64,000 nt of DNA from an uncultured Chloroflexia bacterium. Lineage in GTDB: Bacteria; Chloroflexota; UBA6077; JACCZL01. The notes below the pieces were generated by a model that searched no databases, was not told where the DNA came from, and saw only the letters and a list, made by a program, of their open reading frames with translations. Every line of letters starts with the position of its first letter. Within the stretch, counting starts at the first letter, position 1. The translations under genes and the position numbers were made by a program. This document shows positions 32,784 through 45,277 of the stretch, one piece after another. The DNA lies in NCBI GenBank assembly GCA_963765765.1, contig CAVXYC010000029.1, positions 120,761 to 184,760 on the forward strand. The letters are read 5' to 3'.

Positions 32784-33999
32784 CTATGCGCCGATAAGCG
32801 TCTTGATCTGGTCCGCCGCCTGCTGCTGGAGAGGAAGTGCTTCTTCGACATTTCCAAAAAGGAATTCACGCTTTATCTTCTCGAAGTCTGTGCCTGGATG
32901 CACACTGGCATTGGCCGGCGGTACATCGGCCCTACGGCTGTTGAAGCGCATGTGCTCGTTTACAGCCAGGGCGCCATCCTTACCCAGCAGCCAGTTGATG
33001 AGCAGCCTGGCGGCGTTGGGATGGGGCGCTTTGGTATAGAGAAGCACCCCCTGCCCGGTAACGATTTTCATTTCGGGCACGTCCAGCGCAACGACATTCT
33101 TGCCGAGGCCCTCCGCGGCGAACTGCTCGAGAATAGGGAGCGTTGGGCCCGTGGCGAACGCGAACTCGCCCCGGATAAGTCCCTCCGTCGCTTGCCGGCC
33201 CTCTCGAAGGAATGTTGGCTCCTGGTCCACGAAGATCTTCTTGAGCCACTCCGCCGCTTCGTCCTTCATGTGGTGATTCATGCCGACCGCGACGATGTAT
33301 GTAAACCCCGTCTGGTACTCCATGAAGGCCAATTTGCCTTTCCACTGCGGATCCGCCAAGTCCTTGATGGTGGTCGGCTTCGTTTTGACCAGGTCGGAGT
33401 TGTACATGATGGTCTGATTCTGGTCCCACGTATTGCCAAAGACCTTCTGACGGGCCTTGTCCATGAAACAGGCATCCACCCCACCAATCCAGGAAGCGTC
33501 ATTTGTCACATCGGGATGGATGGCGCCGGACGGATATCATCAAAGGCACCGGCTGGCATCATGCTGCCCATAATCGGGCCACCGGGTGACAGGAAACAGA
33601 CGTCGTAGGAGTAAACCCCGCCCGCTTGCTCCTGCAAAATCGGCGGAGCCAGGAAACTGGCTGATGATGCGGACTTATGCTCTACTTCGACGCCGGATAG
33701 GCCTCGTGAAACTTGTCCAGCACCTTCCGGTAGCCATCCCCCGCCAGAGTGGTGACCACTACCTGGCCCTCTCTCTTGGCGCCCTCGACCACGTTGTCCC
33801 ATTCGGCCGTACCACTAGCCGACTGGACTGGAGCTTTCCCTGCGGCGGGAGCATCCTGCTTTGATGCAGCTTTGGGTTCCGGAGTTGACGTTGCGGCCTG
33901 ACCACAGGCCGCCGCTAGGGCAGCAACACCAGCCAGTCCGGCGAAGCGCAGGAACTCGCGGCGTCGCATTCGTAACTGTGGATTCGATCGTCGATTCAC
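32784..33999 (-). CDS. ABC substrate-binding lipoprotein with Tat signal, paralogue of 29696-30941 (several frameshifts)
   Basis: RRREFLRF...LAAAC; shares SASFLAPPILQEQAGG, SPGGPIMGSMMPAGAFDDIRPA and KAPHPNAA with the first SBP. Confidence 0.88.
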
Positions 34000-34307
34000 G
34001 GGACACATCCTTGGTCGAGATCTGCCTGCCAGGGAACCGCAGGTTGACAACTCACAGCAGAGGCGATATTTGTTGGGAACTCCGGGCAGATATCTGGTCG
34101 CTGGGCAGGCAGTGTAGCACCGATTTGCGCAAACCGAAAGATATTTTTCAGACGGTAAGGACGCCAGGGTGGCAGCCCGATGAAGGCGTCGGCACGGGGT
34201 GCCGACTGAGTGAAACGCCCGAGCCATCCCGAGTCGATCGATCAGCTTCCCGCAAGGAACTCAAAAACGGCTAGAGAGTCGTCAAGCCCGGAGAAGGAGA
34301 CGCACGA

Positions 34308-35371
34308 ATGACCATGATCGATGCCGACACACATGTCGACGAATCCGAAAGCACGTGGAGCGCGCTCGAGGGAACCCCGTTCGAGAAGTTCATCCGGTAA
34401 CAACCACGCTGCCAGCCGAGGAGGCGACGACGCGCCGGCTACAACTCAGTGAACAGCCGCTGCTGGGTGGTTGAGGGTCGACTGCGAAACCGGGCAATCC
34501 GCGATGAAGTCAACCATCCTCCACGAGTATTTCGAGAACTCGAAGATGTGCCAGGTCGCCTCGCTCACATGGACAAGATGGGCGTCGACATGCAGGTGAT
34601 CTTCCCGACGTTCTTCATCCGGTACAACACCAACAACGCCGATGCCGAGCTGGCATTGACCAGCGCGTATAACCGGTGGCTCGCTGGGAAGTGTGCGCAG
34701 TCCAATGGCCGCTTACGTTGGGCGGCTGTGCTGCCGTTTCTGTCGCCGGAGAGGGCCATCGAGGAACTGCGGTGGGCCAAGGACAATGGCGCGTGCGGAA
34801 TCTTCAAGCGCGGATTTGACCTGAATCGGCCGGTTACGGATCCCCATTTCTTTCCGGTGTATGAGGAAGCCAGTGAGTTGGACATTCCCCTCTGTATCCC
34901 ACCGGACATCCCCTGCCCGGATCCGAATGGGACCGCGGCTTCCCCATCATGCACGCGTTCATCGCACTCGTGAACGCCGGCCTGCCCCAGAAGTTTCCCA
35001 AGCTCCGATTCGGTCTTATCGAGGCCGGGGCCTCCTGGATTCCCTACACCATCTCTCAGCTCGGAGCGCAGAAGCGTGCCGCCTTGCGCGGACAGCAATC
35101 TCAATCTCCCGATCTCTATGACCTCGAACCGGAGTTGTTTGAGTCCAATCGCCTGTTCGTCGCCATCGATCCGATCGATGACATCCGGACGCTACTCAAG
35201 TTCGGAACTGAGGATCACCTCATGATCGGTACGGACTACAGCCACACCGATATTTCGGCGAACCTTAGCGCGCTCGACGAGGTGAACGGCTGGGCGAACG
35301 AGGGGCGAATCACCCAGGATCAGGCGAAAAAGATACTTCACACAAACGCCAAGGCGTTTTACGGGCTATGA
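34308..35371 (+). CDS. Amidohydrolase-family protein (amidohydro_2, decarboxylase/hydratase type; frameshifted)
   Basis: IDADTHV, RLAHMDKMGVDMQVIFPT, AYNRWLA, FPKLRFGLIEAGASW, GTDYSHTD, NAKAFYGL. Confidence 0.88.
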
Positions 35372-35465
35372 GTGTCTGAGCGAAGCGAAGAGGAGCGACC
35401 ACGAACTCGCCATAGTGGTTCTGAGTTAAAGTCGCTGGTCAAGCATTTGGGCGGCGCAACAGAGC

Positions 35466-37229
35466 CTAGTGTTCCCCGATTGCTCGTGAGATCCACTTCC
35501 GTCCGATGTAGACGACGGCCAGATTAAATGTGACCAGCGCTACCATCATCGCTGCGAATACCGGAAACCTTCCGTTGGCAAACCGGTCATAGATGACGTT
35601 TCCAGCAAGGAGCACTCCGCCGCCGGCAACGACCAGCGCGGTGGTGAAGTCGCGTGCCGCGTGAGTAAGTATCCAAAGCCAACCGTTGAGGAACGCAGGA
35701 ATCAAGAGACGAAGATTTATTTGGAAGAAGGTGACCACCTGACTCACACCGGATGTCAGTGCTGCTTCCTCCAGCTCTCGATGTATCTGAACCTGCGCCG
35801 CGTGCATGAGGCGAGTGCCGTACGCGATGAAGCGCGCCGTATAGGCGACCACAAGTAGCGCAATGGATCCAAATACAGGTGTGCCGATAAACAACAAGAA
35901 GAATGCCAGTCCGGAGATCACCGCCGGAATAGCGAGCGGCAAAAAGGCCAATCCGTTCACGATCTGACTAAGCCACGATGGCCAGCGGACGAGCTGCCAC
36001 GAAATGAACGTGACCAATAGCATTGTCACCGTCGCAGCCGAGGCCGAGACCACAATCGTATTCACGAAGTATTGACCGAAGAAGCGGTAGTCCAGCAGGT
36101 CCTGGTAATTGTTGACTGTCCAGATTATTCGTACGTCCGGTACGAGAGGTTGGTAGAACTGCTGGAAGCTGGTAACCAAGAGAATCGAGAACGGAATAAC
36201 CGCGGCAAGTGCCATATAGACAGCGACCATGGCAAGCGCGGGCCACCGCAATCGTCCCAACGCAATCCTCCGCGGGCGGTACGCCTTTCCCGTGACAACG
36301 GCAAACTTGTTGGCGCGGCGAAGGAAATACAAGTAGCCGCTTATCCCCAGCACACCCAGAACCATCCCGGACATGCCGAGAGTGGCCGGCGGCCGATAGA
36401 GAAACCATCCGTCGAATGGAGCATCTCGTACACACGCGTAGCGAGCACGTCGATACCGGCCGTGCGTCCGAGCGCTAAGTGGCGTCTCAAGCGTTTCCAT
36501 TCCCACTATGAGGTATAGAACCGTAACCGCGAGCAGGCCGGGCGCCATAAGCGGCGCAGTGACGAACGCAATGGTTCTCGCCCGACCAGCGCCGGCCGCC
36601 GCGGCGGCATCCTCCAGGCTCGGATCCATCTGTCGTAGCACGCTTATCAAGAGCAGCCACATCGACGGGACCATCCCAATTGCCTGAACGAAGATCATCC
36701 CTCCGAGACTGAAGATGTTGATCGGTCCTTCCTGCGTGTTGAGATTCAGGAGAATACGCAAGCCACTCGTTCATGGTGCCCGCTCGTGGCCCGAGAAGCA
36801 GAACCCATCCAAGAGCCGTCGCGAATACCGGCACGCTCATCGGGATGAACATCAGTGCGTAAAAGGCGTTCCGCCCCGGAAAGATCGGTTCGCTCGGTCA
36901 GAAATGCCAAGGTGAATGCAATGGGCAGCGCGACAAGCAACGACCCTATCGCGAAAACGACTGTGTTCCGAAATAGGGCGGGCGTTTGGGCATCGCCGAA
37001 GATAGTCAGATAGTTGGAGAACGTGAACGGCCCTCGAACGGCAGTGTCTGAGCCGGACGAAGACTTGCGATTGCCATGACACAGATTGGTACGACGACCA
37101 GCAGCAGCAACACCGCCAATGACGCCGCGAGGGCTACCTTGCGACCATCGATGGTAAGTCGAATCGGTACCGTTCGGCTCGGGGCTCCTGTTCTAGCGAG
37201 CCTCGCCGCGCCTGGGCTTCCGTGGCCAT
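35466..37229 (-). CDS. Second FbpB-type ABC permease (frameshifted)
   Basis: LAFLTERTDL, MDPSLEDAAAAAGA, VVTGKAYRP, ELEEAALTSGV. Confidence 0.85.
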
Positions 37230-37344
37230 TGATGACTCCCGTCCTGCTGGTGGCCAGCCGAAGCCGGCGCCGGATTACTGGGATAATGCCGGGCGCGGTG
37301 GGGTGGCGCAGGGAAAAAGCGCACCCCCAGTCCGTAACCAGCGT

Positions 37345-38630
37345 CTAGCTCTGGACGCACGAAGGATGGTTCTTCGCGCATCCCCAGGGGTAGGGCACCT
37401 TGGTTCCCGTCTGGATGCCAGTCTTCATCGCGGTTAGCGCGATTTGACGATACTGCTCAAGCAGCTCTACGTCCTTCTCAGTGCGAGGCTCGGACAGGTT
37501 CTTCTCTGCAGTGAGCCCAGCGTCGCGGAGCGTTTTTCCGATCTCGTAGCGGTCGGCCTCGGGTGCAAAGAATGGCCGAGAACCGCTCCCGCCGCGCTCG
37601 GATATGATCCATTCGCCCTCGAAGTTTCGCCAGCCGTAGAACAGGTCAGCAAGATCCGGGCTATTTGCCGACAGTGCGGGGAGGCAGGTAATCAAGCTAT
37701 TGGTTGGAACGACATCCGGCCAGGTGAATGCAAGGGGCGCACCTCTCGAGATCTCATCTTGGGCTTGAGAAGTCACCGTGACTCCGATGTCGGCTTCACC
37801 TTGACTGACTGCCTGAACCACCCCAGCACTTCCGCCTGGAGGTAACTTGAGTCCATAAGTGCCGAGGTTCTGCCATAGGCAGCCATGCGCTCCGGTGGCC
37901 AGTCCTTATGGAACGGAATGATGTACAGCCCGCCCGCACCGTCCTGGAATGCCACGCGCCCGCGCCATTGCTCAGTAAGCAAGTCATCCCACGTGAGGCT
38001 CTTTACCTCATCTGCCTTGACTTCCGGGTGTTGTAGACGAAGGTGTAAATCCCCTGACGGCTGAGCATGCAATGGTCGGAAAGCTTTGTGCCGTTTGGAC
38101 CACCACCCGAATCAGGGTAGAGCGCGCGTAGATCGGTCGTATGGGCCACTCTCCGCCAGGCCTCCCACGGCGGGATCCGTAACGCTCCTTCGCGCATCAG
38201 GTTGGTCTGCGTGGCCGTGGTCCCTGTGCTGAACGAGTCGAGAATAGCCTTTCCAGATTTGTGGGCCTGAAGAAACCGTGGAGTCACTTCCTGGGTCACG
38301 TGTCTCTGGCTCGTTTTCAAGCCGCAACCTTATTCCAAAGCGCTTCTCAAACTGTTCTTCCCACACCTTGATAACGTCGGGCTCGACATCGGAAAGCGAT
38401 GAACGTAGGCGACCATCGCCCGCATTCGCTTTCGGCCTTCTCCAGGAGGGCATCGAACTTGGGTTTCGCAGAAGCGGCCACTGTCGAGGCGGGACGGCTT
38501 CTAGGCGCGACAGCACCTACGGGCTTCTGGGCAGGAGCCGCGTCTGAGCTTTCTGGGGCCGGCTTCGTCGACGACAGGCACCGGAGAGCGGGGCGCGCCT
38601 TCACCATCGCGACGGAAAGATCGGCTTCAT
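37345..38630 (-). CDS. Third ABC substrate-binding protein (heavily frameshifted)
   Basis: Fragments FDALLEKA, WEEQFEKRFGI, FVYNT, TWDDLLTEQWRGRVA, AVSQGEADIG, GAPL. Confidence 0.65.
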
Positions 38631-38906
38631 GGGATCGATCTCCCCAAAATGCCGCAGCCCCCGGCGGTTGACCGGCTCAATGACGCCGCTGATACCGGAG
38701 TAGCTGCTGGTAGACCGAAATCCTTCGAGTTCACAGAAACTTCAAAATCTCTCAGGTGACCCTAACCGTCGTCACAAAAATCTGTCGGTGTGACAAGAAG
38801 TGCAGTGGAGGTGCAATTGCTCATCTCAAGTGCGCGTTCGTCCTTGGCAATGGAGCGCTTGAGACCCTGAAATGTGCGATGGGACGCACTGTTGTGGATG
38901 GTTTCT

Positions 38907-39673
38907 CTAGCCTGTCGGGAAGACCGCCAGCAGTCCACCGTCGCACGGGACGTCGATCCCGGTGATGAAGCTCCGCCATCGGCGAAGCGAGAAAGAGAAC
39001 GGCTTGCGCCTGATCCTGTGGCCGTCCCCAGCGCTTGAGTGGAATATTCTGCGGGGGCTCGCAGCGTGGAGATCTTGGTGCACACATCAGGTCGCCCAAC
39101 GGGCGTGCCGCTCTGGGTTGGTGTCACAGAATTCACGCGAATGCCGTGGGGCGCAAGCTGCATGGCCATGGACCGAGTCAGGTTGAGTAAGCCGGACTTT
39201 GCCACACCGTAGGCGATGCGACCTGTTTCTCCCCGGTGGCCGGATGTGGAGACAAGGTTCACGATCGCTCCGCCTTGGCCCTGGGAGACCATCTGGCGTG
39301 CCACCTGCTGACTGCAGACAAAGGTACCGGTTAGGATCACCCCGAGCACGCGGTTCCACGTATCGAGGTCGGCTTCCAGAAATGGCTTTCGATCAGTAAT
39401 TGCTGCGTCGTTGATCAGAATGTCGATCTGGCCAAACGCGCGCACAGCTTCGGCCACAGCACGTTCCATGTCGGCAGGCTGCGTGATATCGCCAGAGACT
39501 CCGATAGCGTCGCTGCCGCCGTCCTTCACTGACTGGGCAGCCGCGTCAGCATACTTCTGCTCTAAGTCGAGACAGACAACTTTGGCACCCTCAGATCCCA
39601 GCGTACGCGCGATCTCAGCACCAATGTTGGGTCCCGTCCCAGAGACAAGTGCGACCTTTCCATCGAGGAGCAT
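38907..39673 (-). CDS. Short-chain dehydrogenase/reductase (C-terminal frameshifts)
   Basis: LDGKVALVSGTGPNIG, IDILINDA, YGVAK, GIRVNSVTP, IPLKRWGRP, DGGLLA. Confidence 0.9.
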
Positions 39674-39927
39674 CGAGTTTCCTCATCTGGGTTGGGCGTG
39701 GTCCCTTCTAAACTCATCCCGGTGAGAATTCGATGCGAGCCGAGGCTGAATACTCCCGGCAAAAAAAGCTTACGCGAATAAGCGTATCCAGCCGACCGCA
39801 TCTTTCATATCCATCAGGATTCCGAGGCCAGCACGGTCACACGGCTGTTGGACCCGTCAAGCGGAGAAATTACGCAGTCACCAGCTACATCTGATCGCGA
39901 GCTGCACAGTAGAAGCTGACGAAACGA

Positions 39928-40975
39928 CTACGTCAGAGCGGCGTGGACTTCCCCGGCCGTCATCGGCAACTCTGTGAGTCGTACGCCAACAGCGTCGTGA
40001 ATAGCATTAGCGATAGCCGCACCAACGCCGACATTGGATCCTTCTCCGACAGCTTTAGCTCCGAATGGTCCCGGGCCATCATTGCCAGGCAGCAGGTCAT
40101 CCGAAATGGGGGGACATCTCCTGCCGTGGGTATCTTGTATTCGGCGAGGCTCGGGTTCACAACCCTGCCGTCCTCAAGCACCATCTACATCCATAAGTGT
40201 GGCGCCCAAGCCGAATACAAAACCACCATCGATCTGACCCTCATGGGCGATTGGATTGATCACGGTGCCCACGTCCGTGACGGTGGTTGCGCCGTGCACC
40301 GTCGTTTGCCCCGTCTCGGGATCAACTTCAACGTCAACGATAAGCGCGGAGAAATTGGTTAACTACCTCGATGGTGGAGTCAAGGGCACTGTCGTATTCG
40401 TGGTTCATCTCCACCTTGGGTCCGAGCATCAGGCTCCGTGCAATATTGAAATTCCACCGTCTGGTCCGGCTGATGAGGCTTGATCAAACGCCCGTCGATC
40501 AACCGCGTGCCGCTCAATGGCCACCCCAGCAGCTCGGAGGCCAGCGATTCCAGAACCTCCTTTGAAGCGCACGGCGCCATGTAGGGTGGCCTGCCCAACC
40601 ACATGCGTCGAGCGTGTCCCCAATGACAGGATCGCGCAATGCCGTGGCCGTGGTCTCACGCGTGACCACAACTGAGCGCGGGGAGACTGAGAGTCCCGCG
40701 GCCGCGACGCGCTGGATCATCGCGTAAGCGCCCACCCCTTCATCAGAGACACCGGTAGCGATTTCGATCTGGCCTGACTCGAGGAGCCGAAACGTGACGC
40801 CCCCTTTCCCCGAGCCCGTCTCTCACGAGGTTCCGAATGGCCGCAGCCGTGTACGGCTCGAGCACCAGTTCGTGGTGGCCGGGCAGGCCAGGGCGAGCGC
40901 TCTCGCGACCCAGAGGATGGTTCGCAGTACTGGGTGATCGTGTCCTCCGAGACATGCAAAGATCAACACGGCTCA
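39928..40975 (-). pseudogene. C-terminal part of a xanthine dehydrogenase/CoxL-family molybdopterin subunit, garbled and 5'-truncated
   Basis: Fragments VDVEVDPETGQT, VTDVGTVINP, GRVVNPSLAEYKIPTAGDVP, ANAIHDAVGVRL across shifting frames. Confidence 0.75.
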
Positions 40976-41145
40976 AGCGCTAGATGCACTTCTGGCGAAC
41001 GACAACGGCCGGCCGCATCCGCGACAATCCGGCGTGCCAGAAGGCTGAACGCGGAGTTCTCGATCTCGTCGCAGTGCGTGTCCCCGCGTCGTTGGACCGC
41101 GATCAGCATCCCTGCAGGCGGTTCTGCGGTAGCATTTGCGCGCCA

Positions 41146-42278
41146 ATGACACCGGGTTCGATGCAGCAGGCGGGGACCCTGCCGGTTCGGCGTTCGGTGC
41201 CAGCGCCGCCCCTGCTCTGTGCGGTGCTGCTGGCCGCGCTCGCCGGGGTGCGCGGCGCTGAGGCGCACCCGTGCCGTTCAGCTATCTCGATCTTCGGCTG
41301 AAAGCCGGCGTGCTCGAAGGCAGCGTGACCCTCCACGTGTTCGACCTCGCCCACGACCTCGATATCCAGCCCGCCGAACGATTGCTGGATCCCGCGTTCG
41401 CGGCTGAGCGCGCCACCGCAGTGCATGACCTGCTGGCCGGCCGGTTCGGCATCAGCGCCGATGGCCGGGAGCTCGAGCCGCAGTGGTCCTCGCCCGAACT
41501 GCTCGCCGGCCGCAATTCCTTGCGCCTGCCGTTCCGGTACGCGCTCGCGGACCGCCCGGGGACACTGCGAGTCCACGCGGCGATGTTCCCGTACAACCCG
41601 CAACATCAGACGTTCCTGAACATCTACGAGGACGAGGGGCTGACCCAGGTCATGCTCGGTGGAGACCACCGCGAATTCGAGTACTTTCCCGGCACACGAC
41701 AGGGCGCACGCGCCGTAGTGCGGAAGTTTCTGCCAGCCGGCGTGCACCACATCCTGATCGGCCCGGACCACCTGTTGTTCCTCGTGGGACTGCTGCTCCT
41801 CGGCGGGTCGGTCCGCCAGCTGGCCGTGATCGTCACGGCCTTCACGGCGGCCCACAGCATCACGCTGTCGCTCGCTGCCCTGAATCTCGTCAGCCCGCCC
41901 GCGCGTCTCATCGAGCCGGCAATTGCCCTGAGCATCGTGTACGTCGGCGCCGACACGCTGCTCAAGAGGGATGGACGTGACGTGCGGGGGTGGATTGCCT
42001 TCGCGTTCGGGTTCATCCACGGGTTCGGGTTCGCGAGCGTGCTTCGCGAGATGGAGCTGCCGGCGCGCGCGCTCGGCCTGTCGCTCGTATCGTTCAACGC
42101 GGGCATCGAGATCGGCCAATTGCTGGTCGTCGCGTGTGTCGCGACAGCGTTATCGGCGCTGCGCTCCCACAACGAGGCCGCGGGACGGCGGCTCGCGTTC
42201 GCCGGATCGGTTGTGGTCATGGCCGCCGGCGCGTTCTGGTTCGTGCAACGGGTGTTCTTTCCTGGAGGAGTCTCATGA
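41146..42278 (+). CDS. HupE/UreJ family membrane protein with N-terminal periplasmic domain (frameshift near 41270)
   Basis: Signal peptide ending AEAHP; GVHHILIGPDHLLFL, TAFTAAHSITL, FGFIHGFGFA, FNAGIEIGQ. Confidence 0.9.
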
Positions 42279-43165
42279 GACGTGGAATCGTGCTGGGTGT
42301 CCTGATCGCGGTCGGCGCATTCGCGGGGCTGAGGGCGCAGCCGCCGGCGAATGGGCCCAAGGTCATCACCGTCGACAAGCTCAAAGACAACCTGTACGTG
42401 CTCAGGGGCGGGGGCGGCAACGTCGCCGTGTTCGTCACGTCCGCCGGCGTCACTGTCGTCGATGCGAAGAACCCGGGCTGGGGCCAGCCGATCATCGACA
42501 AGGTGAAGGAGCTGACGCCGAAGCCGATCACGATGCTGATCAACACGCACACGCACGGCGATCACGTGAGCGGCAACGTCGAGTTCCCGGCGACCGTGGA
42601 CGTGGTCGTGCAGGAGAACACGAAAACCAACATGGAGAAGATGGAAATCTTCAAGCAGAACGACAACCGCGGGATGGCCAAGCGGACCTTCAAGGACACG
42701 ATGACCATCGGCAAGGGTGCTGACGAGATCGACCTGTATTACTTCGGACCGGGCCACACGAACGGGGACGCATGGGTCGTATTCCCCGCGCTGCGCACGG
42801 CGCACCTCGGGGACCTGTTCGCGCGCAAGGGATTGCCGTTCTACGACGGCGCGAACGGCGGCACCGTCCTGCACTACGCAGAGACCCTCAACAAGGGCTA
42901 CAACGCGATCAAGAACGTCGACACGGTCATCAACGGCCACAGCGATGCGACGACCACGTGGGCAGATGTGAAGGAGTACGCGGACTTCAACCAGGAGTTC
43001 CTGTCGTGGGCGCAGGCGGCGCTGAAGTCGGGTAAGACGCCGGAGGCCGCCGCCGCTGAGTGGACGATTCCCGAACGGTTCAAGGGCTATGCGCCGGCAC
43101 CCCCGACAGGGTTTGGCGCCGCCGCCGGCGGGCTACAGCGGCTGGCGGAAGAGATGAAGAGATAG
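42275..43165 (+). CDS. Secreted metallo-beta-lactamase-fold hydrolase (cyclase-like)
   Basis: ATGA overlap; signal peptide; INTHTHGDHVSGN, GHTNGD, GDL, INGH. Confidence 0.9.
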   Translation: MRRGIVLGVLIAVGAFAGLRAQPPANGPKVITVDKLKDNLYVLRGGGGNVAVFVTSAGVTVVDAKNPGWGQPIIDKVKELTPKPITMLINTHTHGDHVSGNVEFPATVDVVVQENTKTNMEKMEIFKQNDNRGMAKRTFKDTMTIGKGADEIDLYYFGPGHTNGDAWVVFPALRTAHLGDLFARKGLPFYDGANGGTVLHYAETLNKGYNAIKNVDTVINGHSDATTTWADVKEYADFNQEFLSWAQAALKSGKTPEAAAAEWTIPERFKGYAPAPPTGFGAAAGGLQRLAEEMKR

Positions 43166-43404
43166 AACGGCTAATCCGATGTGGAGGACGGGCTGCCAGA
43201 CGAGGGGGCCGCCGGTTCGTTCCCGATCTTCTGCCCGTTGCGCCAGATGTTGGGGCAGAGGGGCTGCGCGAAGATCGACGGCGGATCGCTCCCGATGAAG
43301 ATGATGTCGTCGGCGCGGGATCCGCCAGAGGGCGTCAGCTTCGCCGACTCCCGAATGCTGTCCTTCGCCAAAACTCGATCGGCGTCGGCTGCATGGAGGC
43401 CTAG

Positions 43405-43580
43405 TCTGAGACGTTGCCCTTTTCTTGCCCTTTTCGATTTGGCTTTGGGCGGCGCAGGCGGATCGAGGAGGCCCACCTCCGCGGACAGGAAGGCCGGCGA
43501 CAGGTGCGCGTAGCGCATCGTCATCTTGAGTGACTGGTGGCCGAGCAGCTCGGCGACGCTCCTGAGCGACGCGCCGCGCT
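43405..43580 (-). pseudogene. Tyrosine recombinase C-terminal fragment
   Basis: GASLRSVAELLGHQSLKMTMRYAHL (box II His and catalytic Tyr); upstream part absent. Confidence 0.8.
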
Positions 43581-43591
43581 GTCAGTCGTCC

Positions 43592-45270
43592 TCAAGGCCT
43601 CCGCGTCAGCCCCACCCAGCGCCAGCCCTCGGCCACACGCTTGAACCACACGTGCACTGGGCGCTGCCAGGCGGCCGGGCCGCCGTCGGCCGTGATGTCC
43701 ACCTGCACGAACGTGCCGGGTGAGCCGGGGAGGCCGGCAGGCGCGGTCAATGACGGTGCGCTGGACGTGGTCTCGCCGATCGACGCTGTCTCGCCGGTGG
43801 CGTTGTCGAACGAGAACCACGTCGCCCGGGTACTGCGCCGGCGCGGCAGCGACACCGGCGTCAACGGCCGCATTCGCAAATGTCAGCGTGCCTTCTCCGT
43901 CGAGCGCCGGCCTGACAACGGGGTTGATCTTCGACAGGTACACGCGCGCGATGGTGTTGCGGCGCTTGATCAGCACGTCGCCGAGCAGCCGCTCGGCCGC
44001 TGGATCGCTGAACTCAGCCGTCTTCACGGCGGCGCGGATCATCTCGTCGGAGAACGCCATCACGCGCAGCGCCGCCCAGAAGCTGTCGTCGTCTCGCGCG
44101 CGCAGCACGGCGGCGGTAGGCACTCGGGATCGCCACTGCTCCGGGTCGAACGCCTCACCCTCGAACCGCCCCACTTCGGGCCGCTCATCGAAGGACGCCG
44201 TCTGCCATGGCTGCAGATAGAAGCCGAGGCTGATGAACCGCTTCCACGCGAGCTCTCCCTCGGTACAGGTCCTCCCATCCCTCGTGGAACTGGTGCGGCC
44301 CCTCGGCGCCGGTGCCGAAGGTGGATCCCACATCCTGCAGATAGTGCCGCACGCGTGTGCGGCCGCCCTCGGCAATCACGCTGTCGAGCGTGTTGCCGGC
44401 CTTCATGTCGATGAGGTTCGTCCACGCGCCGAACACCTTCAGTGCGCGCAACGATCGCCGGTGCTCGTGCGGGACGATGTCATTCGGATCGTCGGGGCGG
44501 GTGCCGTGATAACGGAACCCACCAACGATGCGGCCTGGGAGCTTGCGCGCGGCCAGCACGCGGTACGTGCCGTCGGCGTTGCGAGCCGCGCGCCTCAACA
44601 CCGCGCGCACGTCGTCCATCGTGAACGGCCGCACGTGGTTCGGCCGCACCTGGTACTTGAGGCCCTGGGCGATGGTCAGCGTGTCGGGGTGCAGCACGGC
44701 CAGATACGACTCGACCTGGTGATAGCCGAGAGCCCAGAACAGGCGCATCGCGACGGCAATCGCTCCCGTGGCGGCACGCGGCTCGTCCCGCGGATCGAAC
44801 GTGAGAAACCACACTTCGTCGTTGGCATCGGTGACCGTGAACCCCGGCGCGACGCCCGCGGTCTTCGGCCGGATGACGGTCCACGGACCGAGGGCCGGGC
44901 CCGCGATCGTGTTCGCGCCGCGCTCGAGATCGGCCACCGAGAACGGCCGCGCGTAAATGCGGTTGGTGAACCAGTTCGAATCCGGCACCTCGTCAATCGT
45001 GTTCACGTCCCCGGCGCGGACGTCCGGGGTCGGATCGCCGGGCTTCGTGAACAGGTTCAGCAGGACGTCGCTGACGAGATCGATGTCGCGATCCTTCACC
45101 GCAGACGCGTTCTGCGTCTCAGGTTCAACCCCCAAGGGGTCGTCGTCGTAGAAGCGGGGATTCGATCCCGAGACCGGCGCACGTGTGCCGAGCAGGGCGA
45201 TGACGCACACCGCCAGCACGAGGACGCCGGGTCCGTGCGAAAACACCCGTGATGCGGAGGTCGAGGCCAT
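43592..45270 (-). CDS. Exported hypothetical protein with protein-kinase-like motifs (frameshifted)
   Basis: Signal peptide; NTIDEVPDSNWFTNR, KTAGVAPGF, RLFWALGY, PDDPNDIVPHEHRR, AWTNLIDMKAGNTL, YLQDVGSTFG. Confidence 0.7.
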
Positions 45271-45277
45271 GGGTCGA

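Noticed and set aside
43405-43580. Integron integrase driving a cassette array at 41-60 kb
   Set aside because: Only a short generic tyrosine-recombinase tail; blocks are multi-gene, in both orientations, cut mid-gene, with no repeated attC.
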